NCBI GenBank assembly: GCA_950097015.1
Contig: CATNEN010000039.1
Span: 1-64,000, forward strand
Source: Macrostomum hystrix
Taxonomy: Eukaryota; Animalia; Platyhelminthes
Length of the DNA stretch: 64,000 bases
Direction: 5' to 3'
A model generated the notes under the pieces. That model made no database searches, had not been told where the DNA came from, and saw only the letters and a list, made by a program, of their open reading frames with translations. The position numbers and the translations under genes are program-made. Positions within the stretch are counted from its first letter, which is position 1; each line of letters starts with the position of its first letter. Shown in pieces: positions 1-12,500 of the stretch.

Positions 1-269
1 GGGGGAGAAATTGAGGGCGAGCTGTCATTAATCCTTCTCGGTCTGGCCGGATGCAAGCTGCTTGCACTTTACATCCGCATATAGCTAGGAAATTGCTAGC
101 GCGCCATTCTAGCTGTCTGTCGGGCACACTTCCGAATTTCTTGTTACTTACCAATTGTTCCGTTTCTGCTAATTCCCAAGTTTACTTTTGTTTTGACGAC
201 AAGCTTCAGCTAAAACAGGTGAGATTCGCGACATTCGCTGTCACTATAGTGGGAGTCCGAACAGGGCAG

Positions 270-780
270 CCCCGAACGGGAATTCTACCAAGTAGGAAAC
301 CCCAAAATGGGAATGCTACTGAGGAAAACCGGAAATCGGAATCCCGATGAGGAAATCCCGAATTGGGAATCCAACCGAGGAAACTCCTAAGTGGGAATCC
401 CATTGAGGAAATCCCAAAAAGGAATCCTACTAAGGAAATCCCAAAGTGGGAATCCCTCTGAGGAAATCCCGATATGGAAATCCTATTTAAGAAATCCCGA
501 ACTAGGAATCCTAGTGAGGAAATCCCGTAATAGGAATTCTACCAAGGGTAAATTCCGAAATCAAAATCCTACTGAGGAAATATCGAAATGGGAATCCTAA
601 TTGAGAAACTCCAAGAAGGAATCCAGCTATGAAAATCCCATAATTTGGGCATTACTGTGTAAATCCTGGAATGGAACCCAAGTAGTGATATTGCTAAATC
701 TGAATCCTCAATCCTATTCAATCCAATATTGAAAATTCCCCAAATCGATGTCCCCACTGAGGAAATCCCAATATAAAAAT
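270..780 (+). repeat. Degenerate ~28-30 bp minisatellite (GAGGAAATCCCnAAnTGGGAATCCTACT-like)
   Basis: Recurrent GGAAATCCC / GGGAATCC motifs at ~30 bp spacing; boundaries approximate. Confidence 0.8.
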
Positions 781-994
781 CCATCGCAGCAACAAGCATC
801 CGCAAAGCTTTCAGGCGCAGTTTCCAGAGCCATCGCCGGCAGCAGCCGCATGGGGCAGCGGCATGGGGAAGCGAATCCGGCGCATCGGCCGGTACCTGAT
901 GGGCGGCGTCTGCCTCGGGCGTGGCAGCTTCTCCCGGGTTGAGCTGGCGGTGCACGAGGTTGCGGAGTGCCAGGTCAGTCGCTAGATACCATTC

Positions 995-1410
995 CTACAT
1001 TCCAAAATGGGAATCCTATTCTCAGATCCCCAAATGGGAATCCCAATCTCAGATCCCGAAACTGGAATCCCGATCTCAGATCCCAAACAGGAATCCCAAT
1101 CTCAGATCCTCAAACTAGAATCCCATTCTCAGATCCTCAAACCAGAATCCCATTCTCAGATCCCCAAACAGGAATCCCAATCTCAGATCCCGAAACTGGA
1201 ATCCCGATCTCAGATCCCAAACAGGAATCCCAATCTCAGATCCTCAAACTAGAATCCCATTCTCAGATCCTCAAACTAGAATCCCAATCTCTGATCCCGA
1301 AACTGGAATCCCGATCTCACATCCCCCAAATGGGAATCCCAATCTCTGATCCTCAAACTAGTATCCCATTCTCAGATCCCCAAACAGGAATCCCAATCCC
1401 AGATAGCCAA
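995..1410 (+). repeat. ~27-28 bp minisatellite (CTCAGATCCCnAAACTGGAATCCCAAT-like)
   Basis: Direct tandem units visible; they generate the repetitive ORFs 967..1422 and 1007..1252. Confidence 0.9.
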
Positions 1411-1940
1411 ATTAAAAACTGAATTCTAAGAAAGTTTTTTACGTTTTCTTGTTTTCAACACTTCGTCGACGTGTTAGCCAATTTTAATCCGCAAAGCAGC
1501 ATTCGCTCCGTCCATCCCATTCCGTCTCCGGCCCCTCCCACAATGTCCCACGATTTGCTCTTCGGGGAAATCAAAGAGACTGTTCATCAAGAGGCTACTG
1601 CCACAATTATCCCTGCCAGGGATCATTGCTGGCAGGGCTGGTCGATCTGAGGATCCCAGACAATCTTTGCTGACTGATAGCATTCGGGCTAATTTCCAGT
1701 TGAAATAACTGATAACTTTTTTCTGGGGTACAAAGCGATATCGATTCTGATTGCAAGCTGGCAAAATCAGGCATCAAACTTGCTGATCAAGAAAAGAAAC
1801 AAATCTCAAGAACACGAAAAAATAATGCGAAAATTTCAAATCAAATTAAAATTTTCAGTCCAAAATCTGAAAAATCTAAACTGCAACCCACAGAAACAAA
1901 ATTCCATAAGTTTAAATCGCATATCTAAAATCCTTAATAT

Positions 1941-2290
1941 AAAATCTGAAATCCCAAATCTGAAATCCCAAATCTGAGATCCCAAATCTGAAATCCCAAA
2001 TCTGAGATCCCAAATCTGAAATCCCAAATCTGAAATCCCAAATCTGAGATCCCAAATCTGAAATCCCAAATCTGAAATCCCAAATCTGAGATCCCAAATC
2101 TGAGATCCCAAATCTGAAATCCCAAATCTGAGATCCCAAATCTGAAATCCCAAATCTGAAATCCCAAATCTGAAATCCGAAATCTGAGGTCCCAAATCTG
2201 AAATCCCAAATCTGAAATCCCAAATCTGAGATCCCAAATCTGAGATCCCAAATCTGAAATCCCAAATCTGAGATCCCAAATCTGAAATCA
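1941..2290 (+). repeat. 14-bp tandem repeat AAATCTGA(A/G)ATCCC
   Basis: About 25 near-perfect tandem units. Confidence 0.95.
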
Positions 2291-2378
2291 TAAATATAAA
2301 CTCTGAAATCCGAAAATGTGAAATGCAAATCGCAGATAAATTCTTTATTAACGATTCCCAAATTCTTAGTAACAAAGA

Positions 2379-5300
2379 CCCTAACCCTAACCCTACCCTA
2401 ACCCTAACCTAACCCTAACCCTAACCCTAACCCTAACCCTAACCCTAACCCTAACCCTAACCCTAACCCTAACCCTAACCCTAACCCTAACCCTAACCCT
2501 AACCCTAACCCTAACCCTAACCCTAACCCTAACCCTAACCCTAACCCTAACCCTAACCCTAACCCTAACCCTAACCCTAACCCTAACCCTAACCCTAACC
2601 CTAACCCTAACCCTAACCCTAACCCTAACCCTAACCCTAACCCTAACCCTAACCCTAACCCTAACCCTAACCCTAACCCTAACCCTAACCCTAACCCTAA
2701 CCCTAACCCTAACCCTAACCCTAACCCTAACCCTAACCCTAACCCTAACCCTAACCCTAACCCTAACCCTAACCCTAACCCTAACCCTAACCCTAACCCT
2801 AACCCTAACCCTAACCCTAACCCTAACCCTAACCCTAACCCTAACCCTAACCCTAACCCTAACCCTAACCCTAACCCTAACCCTAACCCTAACCCTAACC
2901 CTAACCCTAACCCTAACCCTAACCCTAACCCTAACCCTAACCCTAACCCTAACCCTAACCCTAACCCTAACCCTAACCCTAACCCTAACCCTAACCCTAA
3001 CCCTAACCCTAACCCTAACCCTAACCCTAACCCTAACCCTAACCCTAACCCTAACCCTAACCCTAACCCTAACCCTAACCCTAACCCTAACCCTAACCCT
3101 AACCCTAACCCTAACCCTAACCCTAACCCTAACCCTAACCCTAACCCTAACCCTAACCCTAACCCTAACCCTAACCCTAACCCTAACCCTAACCCTAACC
3201 CTAACCCTAACCCTAACCCTAACCCTAACCCTAACCCTAACCCTAACCCTAACCCTAACCCTAACCCTAACCCTAACCCTAACCCTAACCCTAACCCTAA
3301 CCCTAACCCTAACCCTAACCCTAACCCTAACCCTAACCCTAACCCTAACCCTAACCCTACCCTAACCCTAACCCTAACCCTAACCCTAACCCTAACCCTA
3401 ACCCTAACCCTAACCCTAACCCTAACCCTAACCCTAACCCTAACCCTAACCCTAACCCTAACCCTAACCCTAACCCTAACCCTAACCCTAACCCTAACCC
3501 TAACCCTAACCCTAACCCTAACCCTAACCCTAACCCTAACCCTAACCCTAACCCTAACCCTAACCCTAACCCTAACCCTAACCCTAACCCTAACCCTAAC
3601 CCTAACCCTAACCCTAACCCTAACCCTAACCCTAACCCTAACCCTAACCCTAACCCTAACCCTAACCCTAACCCTAACCCTAACCCTAACCCTAACCCTA
3701 ACCCTAACCCTAACCCTAACCCTAACCCTAACCCTAACCCTAACCCTAACCCTAACCCTAACCCTAACCCTAACCCTAACCCTAACCCTAACCCTAACCC
3801 TAACCCTAACCCTAACCCTAACCCTAACCCTAACCCTAACCCTAACCCTAACCCTAACCCTAACCCTAACCCTAACCCTAACCCTAACCCTAACCCTAAC
3901 CCTAACCCTAACCCTAACCCTAACCCTAACCCTAACCCTAACCCTAACCCTAACCCTAACCCTAACCCTAACCCTAACCCTAACCCTAACCCTAACCCTA
4001 ACCCTAACCCTAACCCTAACCCTAACCCTAACCCTAACCCTAACCCTAACCCTAACCCTAACCCTAACCCTAACCCTAACCCTAACCCTAACCCTAACCC
4101 TAACCCTAACCCTAACCCTAACCCTAACCCTAACCCTAACCCTAACCCTAACCCTAACCCTAACCCTAACCCTAACCCTAACCCTAACCCTAACCCTAAC
4201 CCTAACCCTAACCCTAACCCTAACCCTAACCCTAACCCTAACCCTAACCCTAACCCTAACCCTAACCCTAACCCTAACCCTAACCCTAACCCTAACCCTA
4301 ACCCTAACCCTAACCCTAACCCTAACCCTAACCCTAACCCTAACCCTAACCCTAACCCTAACCCTAACCCTAACCCTAACCCTAACCCTAACCCTAACCC
4401 TAACCCTAACCCTAACCCTAACCCTAACCCTAACCCTAACCCTAACCCTAACCCTAACCCTAACCCTAACCCTAACCCTAACCCTAACCCTAACCCTAAC
4501 CCTAACCCTAACCCTAACCCTAACCCTAACCCTAACCCTAACCCTAACCCTAACCCTAACCCTAACCCTAACCCTAACCCTAACCCTAACCCTAACCCTA
4601 ACCCTAACCCTAACCCTAACCCTAACCCTAACCCTAACCCTAACCCTAACCCTAACCCTAACCCTAACCCTAACCCTAACCCTAACCCTAACCCTAACCC
4701 TAACCCTAACCCTAACCCTAACCCTAACCCTAACCCTAACCCTAACCCTAACCCTAACCCTAACCCTAACCCTAACCCTAACCCTAACCCTAACCCTAAC
4801 CCTAACCCTAACCCTAACCCTAACCCTAACCCTAACCCTAACCCTAACCCTAACCCTAACCCTAACCCTAACCCTAACCCTAACCCTAACCCTAACCCTA
4901 ACCCTAACCCTAACCCTAACCCTAACCCTAACCCTAACCCTAACCCTAACCCTAACCCTAACCCTAACCCTAACCCTAACCCTAACCCTAACCCTAACCC
5001 TAACCCTAACCCTAACCCTAACCCTAACCCTAACCCTAACCCTAACCCTAACCCTAACCCTAACCCTAACCCTAACCCTAACCCTAACCCTAACCCTAAC
5101 CCTAACCCTAACCCTAACCCTAACCCTAACCCTAACCCTAACCCTAACCCTAACCCTAACCCTAACCCTAACCCTAACCCTAACCCTAACCCTAACCCTA
5201 ACCCTAACCCTAACCCTAACCCTAACCCTAACCCTAACCCTAACCCTAACCCTAACCCTAACCCTAACCCTAACCCTAACCCTAACCCTAACCCTAACCC

Positions 5301-7381
5301 TAACCCTAACCCTAACCCTAACCCTAACCCTAACCCTAACCCTAACCCTAACCCTAACCCTAACCCTAACCCTAACCCTAACCCTAACCCTAACCCTAAC
5401 CCTAACCCTAACCCTAACCCTAACCCTAACCCTAACCCTAACCCTAACCCTAACCCTAACCCTAACCCTAACCCTAACCCTAACCCTAACCCTAACCCTA
5501 ACCCTAACCCTAACCCTAACCCTAACCCTAACCCTAACCCTAACCCTAACCCTAACCCTAACCCTAACCCTAACCCTAACCCTAACCCTAACCCTAACCC
5601 TAACCCTAACCCTAACCCTAACCCTAACCCTAACCCTAACCCTAACCCTAACCCTAACCCTAACCCTAACCCTAACCCTAACCCTAACCCTAACCCTAAC
5701 CCTAACCCTAACCCTAACCCTAACCCTAACCCTAACCCTAACCCTAACCCTAACCCTAACCCTAACCCTAACCCTAACCCTAACCCTAACCCTAACCCTA
5801 ACCCTAACCCTAACCCTAACCCTAACCCTAACCCTAACCCTAACCCTAACCCTAACCCTAACCCTAACCCTAACCCTAACCCTAACCCTAACCCTAACCC
5901 TAACCCTAACCCTAACCCTAACCCTAACCCTAACCCTAACCCTAACCCTAACCCTAACCCTAACCCTAACCCTAACCCTAACCCTAACCCTAACCCTAAC
6001 CCTAACCCTAACCCTAACCCTAACCCTAACCCTAACCCTAACCCTAACCCTAACCCTAACCCTAACCCTAACCCTAACCCTAACCCTAACCCTAACCCTA
6101 ACCCTAACCCTAACCCTAACCCTAACCCTAACCCTAACCCTAACCCTAACCCTAACCCTAACCCTAACCCTAACCCTAACCCTAACCCTAACCCTAACCC
6201 TAACCCTAACCCTAACCCTAACCCTAACCCTAACCCTAACCCTAACCCTAACCCTAACCCTAACCCTAACCCTAACCCTAACCCTAACCCTAACCCTAAC
6301 CCTAACCCTAACCCTAACCCTAACCCTAACCCTAACCCTAACCCTAACCCTAACCCTAACCCTAACCCTAACCCTAACCCTAACCCTAACCCTAACCCTA
6401 ACCCTAACCCTAACCCTAACCCTAACCCTAACCCTAACCCTAACCCTAACCCTAACCCTAACCCTAACCCTAACCCTAACCCTAACCCTAACCCTAACCC
6501 TAACCCTACCCTAACCCTAACCCTAACCCTAACCCTAACCCTAACCCTAACCCTAACCCTAACCCTAACCCTAACCCTAACCCTAACCCTAACCCTAACC
6601 CTAACCCTAACCCTAACCCTAACCCTAACCCTAACCCTAACCCTAACCCTAACCCTAACCCTAACCCTAACCCTAACCCTAACCCTAACCCTAACCCTAA
6701 CCCTAACCCTAACCCTAACCCTAACCCTAACCCTAACCCTAACCCTAACCCTAACCCTAACCCTAACCCTAACCCTAACCCTAACCCTAACCCTAACCCT
6801 AACCCTAACCCTAACCCTAACCCTAACCCTAACCCTAACCCTAACCCTAACCCTAACCCTAACCCTAACCCTAACCCTAACCCTAACCCTAACCCTAACC
6901 CTAACCCTAACCCTAACCCTAACCCTAACCCTAACCCTAACCCTAACCCTAACCCTAACCCTAACCCTAACCCTAACCCTAACCCTAACCCTAACCCTAA
7001 CCCTAACCCTAACCCTAACCCTAACCCTAACCCTAACCCTAACCCTAACCCTAACCCTAACCCTAACCCTAACCCTAACCCTAACCCTAACCCTAACCCT
7101 AACCCTAACCCTAACCCTAACCCTAACCCTAACCCTAACCCTAACCCTAACCCTAACCCTAACCCTAACCCTAACCCTAACCCTAACCCTAACCCTAACC
7201 CTAACCCTAACCCTAACCCTAACCCTAACCCTAACCCTAACCCTAACCCTAACCCTAACCCTAACCCTAACCCTAACCCTAACCCTAACCCTAACCCTAA
7301 CCCTAACCCTAACCCTAACCCTAACCCTAACCCTAACCCTAACCCTAACCCTAACCCTAACCCTAACCCTAACCCTAACCC
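2379..7381 (-). repeat. Telomeric repeat array (CCCTAA)n / (TTAGGG)n, ~5.0 kb
   Basis: About 830 near-perfect hexamers; single-base deletion variants near 2391-2410, ~3360 and ~6508; C-rich strand on +, i.e. left-arm telomere polarity. Confidence 0.99.
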
Positions 7382-7980
7382 ATCGTATTATGCAGCAGTG
7401 GTATCGTATAATGCACCAGTGGTATGGTCCTATGGAGCAGTGGTATGGTCCACTGCTGCATAGGGCCCATATGGTCCACATAATACGATATCACTCGTGC
7501 ATAGGGCCATACCACTGGTGCATTAGACCATACCACTGGTGCATAATACGATACCACTAATGCATAGGGCAATACCACTGGTGCATTGGATCATACCACT
7601 AGTGCATGGGATCATACCACTGGTGCATGATACGATACCACTGTGCATAATACGATACCGCTAGTGCATAATACGATACCACTAGTGCATAATACGATAC
7701 CACTGGTGCATAATACGATACCACTAGTGCATAATACGATACCACTAGTGCATAATACGATACCACTGGTGCATAATACGATACCACTAGTGCATAATAC
7801 GATACCGCTAGTGCATAGCACTGCTGCATGGGCCCATACCACTGGTGCATAATACGATACGACTAGTGCATGGCACCATTCCACTAGTACATGGGGCCAT
7901 ACCACTGGTTCATAAGACCATACCACTGGTGCATAATACGATATCACTCGTGCATGGGGCCATACCACTGGTGCATAATA
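7382..7980. repeat. 21-bp subtelomeric minisatellite ATACCACT(G/A)GTGCATAATACG; first ~70 bp in inverted orientation
   Basis: Tandem units 7478-7980; 7384-7446 reads CGTATTATGCAGCAGTGGTAT..., the reverse complement of the unit. Confidence 0.92.
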
Positions 7981-8470
7981 CGCCCAGCCATGTCCAACCA
8001 TGCCCAACCATGCCCAGCCATGCCCAGGCTTGCCAAACCATGCCCAGGCTTGCCAAACTATGCCCAGCAATGTCTAACCATACGTAGCTTTACCTGCCAT
8101 GCCCAGCCATGCCCAACCATGCCTAGCTATACCTGCCATGTCCAACCATGCCCAGCCATGCCCAGGCTTGCCAAACCATGCCCAGGTTTGCCAAACTATG
8201 CCCAGCAATGTCTAACCATACGTAGCTTTACCTGCCATGCCCAGCAATGTCTAACCATGCCTAGCTATACCTGCCATGCCCAACCATGCCCAACTATTCC
8301 CAGCCATGCCCAACCATGCCCAACTATTCCCAGCCATGCCCAACCATGCCCAGCCTTGCCCAGCCATGTCCAACCATGCCCAACCATGCCCAGCCATGCC
8401 CAGGCTTGCCAAACCATGCCCAGGCTTGCCAAACCATGCCCAGGCTTGCCAAACTATGCCCAGCAATGTC
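7981..8470 (+). repeat. 10-bp minisatellite CCATGCCCA(A/G) with longer-period variants
   Basis: Tandem units visible directly. Confidence 0.92.
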
Positions 8471-9588
8471 GAGAGCCGATTCCTATGAGAGCCGATTCCT
8501 ATGAGGGCCGATTCCTATGAGAGCCGATTCCTATGAGGGCGGATTCCTTTGAGAGCCGATTCCTATGAGGGCCGATTCCTATGAGGGCCGATTCCTATGA
8601 GAGCCGATTCCTATGAGTGCAAATTCCTATGAGAGCCGATTCCTATGAGAGCCGATTCCTATGAGAGCCGATTCCTATGTGAGCCGATTCCTATGAGAGC
8701 CGATTCCTATCGGTTCCTATGAGAGCCGATTCCTATGAGAGCCGATTCCTATCGGTTCCTATGAGAGCCGATTCCTATGAGAGCCGATTCCTATCGGTTC
8801 CTATGAGAGCCGATTCCTATGAGGGCCGATTCCTATTAGGGCCGATTCCTATGAGAGCCGATTCCTATGAGAGCCGATTCCTATGAGAGCCGATTCCTAT
8901 GAGAGCCAATTCCTATGAGAGCCGATTCCTATGAGAGCCGATTCCTATGAGAGCCGATTCCTATGAGGGCCGATTCCTATGAGAGCCGATTCCTATGAGG
9001 GCCGATTCCTATTAGGGCCGATTCCTATGAGAGCCGATTCCTATGAGAGCCGATTCCTATGAGGGCCGATTCCTATGAGAGCCGATTCCTATGAGGGCCG
9101 ATTCCTATTAGGGCCGATTCCTATGAGAGCCGATTCCTATGAGAGCCGATTCCTATGAGAGCCGATTCCTATGAGAGCCGATTCCTATGAGAGCCGATTC
9201 CTATGAGAGCCGATTCCTATGTGAGCCGATTCCTATGAGAGCCGATTCCTTTGAGAGCCGATTCCTATGAGGGCCGATTCCTATGAGACACGATTCCTAT
9301 GAGGGCCGATTCCTATGAGGGCCGATTCCTATGAGAGCCGATTCCTATGAGAGCCGATTCCTATGAGAGCCGATTCCTATGAGAGCCGATTCCTAAGAGA
9401 GCCGATTCCTATGAGACCCGATTCCTATGAGAGCCGATTCCTATGAGGGCCGATTCCTATGAGACACGATTCCTATGAGAGCCGATTCCTATGAGAGCCG
9501 ATTCCTATCGGTTCCTATGAGAGCCGATTCCTATGAGACCCGATTCCTATGAGAGCCGATTCCTATGAGAGCGGATTCCTATGAGGGC
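8471..9588 (+). repeat. 16-bp satellite GAGAGCCGATTCCTAT (telomere-proximal block)
   Basis: About 70 tandem units, including a CCTATCGGTT short variant. Confidence 0.97.
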
Positions 9589-12500
9589 CTTTATGGAAAG
9601 TCAAAGACATTGACGGATAACAAGTCAAACTCATGGAATTCTAAAAAAAGCCACAACTTTCTGTCCTGACCATCTAGAGGCGCCGGACTGGCGCCTCTAG
9701 ACTCGGGGCGTCAACCTCTAGTCGAGAAATGTCATTTCCAACATTGCCCACCAATGACGGAAATTTCGACCTTGGCAAATTTTCGACTTAATATTGCTCT
9801 TTGACAAGTTAGGTAGCCGCTCAGAGCCCAAGTTGGCTCCCAAAAGAAAATCTCGGGGGACTCAACCGGAATCTATAGAGCATCGCCAGGCCTTTCGAAC
9901 GACACCAAAATCAGTTCCCTAGGACCTCGGGAACCGTCTCGAATCGGCCCGAGAAGGATGTAGGAAGCATTGACTTTATGGAAAGTCAAAGACATTGACG
10001 GATAACAAGTCAAACTCATGGAATTCTAAAAAAAAGCCACAACTTTCTGTCCTGACCATCTAGAGGCGCCGGACTGGCGCCTCTAGACTCGGGGCGTCAA
10101 CCTCTAGTCGAGAAATGTCATTTCCAACATTGCCCACCAATGACGGAAATTTCGACCTTGGCAAATTTTCGACTTAATATTGCTCTTTGACAAGTTAGGT
10201 AGCCGCTCAGAGCCCAAGTTGGCTCCCAAAAGAAAATCTCGGGGGACTCAACCGGAATCTATAGAGCATCGCCAGGCCTTTCGAACGACACCAAAATCAG
10301 TTCCCTAGGACCTCGGGAACCGTCTCGAATCGGCCCGAGAAGGATGTAGGAAGCATTGACTTTATGGAAAGTCAAAGACATTGACGGATAACAAGTCAAA
10401 CTCATGGAATTCTAAAAAAAGCCACAACTTTCTGTCCCGACCATCTAGAGGCGCCGGACTGGCGCCTCTAGACTCGGGGCGTCAACCTCTAGTCGAGAAA
10501 TGTCATTTCCAACATTGCCCACCAATGACGGAAATTTCGACCTTGGCAAATTTTCGACTTAATATTGCTCTTTGACAAGTTAGGTAGCCGCTCAGAGCCC
10601 AAGTTGGCTCCCAAAAGAAAATCTCGGGGGACTCAACCGGAATCTATAGAGCATCGCCAGGCCTTTCGAACGACACCAAAATCAGTTCCCTAGGACCTCG
10701 GGAACTGTCTCGAATCGGCCCGAGAAGGATGTAGGAAGCATTGACTTTATGGAAAGTCAAAGACATTGACGGATAACAAGTCAAACTCATGGAATTCTAA
10801 AAAAAGCCACAACTTTCTGTCCTGACCATCTAGAGGCGCCGGACTGGCGCCTCTAGACTCGGGGCGTCAACCTCTAGTCGAGAAATGTCATTTCCAACAT
10901 TGCCCACCAATGACGGAAATTTCGACCTTGGCAAATTTTCGACTTAATATTGCTCTTTGACAAGTTAGGTAGCCGCTCAGAGCCCAAGTTGGCCTCCCAA
11001 AAGAAAATCTCGGGGGACTCAACCGGAATCTATAGAGCATCGCCAGGCCTTTCGAACGACACCAAAATCAGTTCCCTAGGACCTCGGGAACTGTCTCGAA
11101 TCGGCCCGAGAAGGATGTAGGAAGCATTGACTTTATGGAAAGTCAAAGACATTGACGGATAACAAGTCAAACTCATGGAATTCTAAAAAAAGCCACAACT
11201 TTCTGTCCCGACCATCTAGAGGCGCCGGACTGGCGCCTCTAGACTCGGGGCGTCAACCTCTAGTCGAGAAATGTCATTTCCAACATTGCCCACCAATGAC
11301 GGAAATTTCGACCTTGGCAAATTTTCGACTTAATATTGCTCTTTGACAAGTTAGGTAGCCGCTCAGAGCCCAAGTTGGCTCCCAAAAGAAAATCTCGGGG
11401 GACTCAACCGGAATCTATAGAGCATCGCCAGGCCTTTCGAACGACACCAAAATCAGTTCCCTAGGACCTCGGGAACTGTCTCGAATCGGCCCGAGAAGGA
11501 TGTAGGAAGCATTGACTTTATGGAAAGTCAAAGACATTGACGGATAACAAGTCAAACTCATGGAATTCTAAAAAAAGCCACAACTTTCTGTCCTGACCAT
11601 CTAGAGGCGCCGGACTGGCGCCTCTAGACTCGGGGCGTCAACCTCTAGTCGAGAAATGTCATTTCCAACATTGCCCACCAATGACGGAAATTTCGACCTT
11701 GGCAAATTTTCGACTTAATATTGCTCTTTGACAAGTTAGGTAGCCGCTCAGAGCCCAAGTTGGCCTCCCAAAAGAAAATCTCGGGGGACTCAACCGGAAT
11801 CTATAGAGCATCGCCAGGCCTTTCGAACGACACCAAAATCAGTTCCCTAGGACCTCGGGAACTGTCTCGAATCGGCCCGAGAAGGATGTAGGAAGCATTG
11901 ACTTTATGGAAAGTCAAAGACATTGACGGATAACAAGTCAAACTCATGGAATTCTAAAAAAAAGCCACAACTTTCTGTCCCGACCATCTAGAGGCGCCGG
12001 ACTGGCGCCTCTAGACTCGGGGCGTCAACCTCTAGTCGAGAAATGTCATTTCCAACATTGCCCACCAATGACGGAAATTTCGACCTTGGCAAATTTTCGA
12101 CTTAATATTGCTCTTTGACAAGTTAGGTAGCCGCTCAGAGCCCAAGTTGGCTCCCAAAAGAAAATCTCGGGGGACTCAACCGGAATCTATAGAGCATCGC
12201 CAGGCCTTTCGAACGACACCAAAATCAGTTCCCTAGGACCTCGGGAACTGTCTCGAATCGGCCCGAGAAGGATGTAGGAAGCATTGACTTTATGGAAAGT
12301 CAAAGACATTGACGGATAACAAGTCAAACTCATGGAATTCTAAAAAAAGCCACAACTTTCTGTCCTGACCATCTAGAGGCGCCGGACTGGCGCCTCTAGA
12401 CTCGGGGCGTCAACCTCTAGTCGAGAAATGTCATTTCCAACATTGCCCACCAATGACGGAAATTTCGACCTTGGCAAATTTTCGACTTAATATTGCTCTT

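Noticed and set aside
1474-1764. 96-aa minus-strand ORF in unique DNA distal to the telomere array
   Set aside because: Non-ATG start and no recognisable domain
51-2375. ORFs over the distal minisatellites (e.g. 967..1422, 1836..2375)
   Set aside because: Translations simply mirror the DNA repeat period in several frames and both strands
7375-8520. Overlapping ORFs such as HNTIPLV and PCPAMP repeats
   Set aside because: Products of the 21-bp and 10-bp repeats
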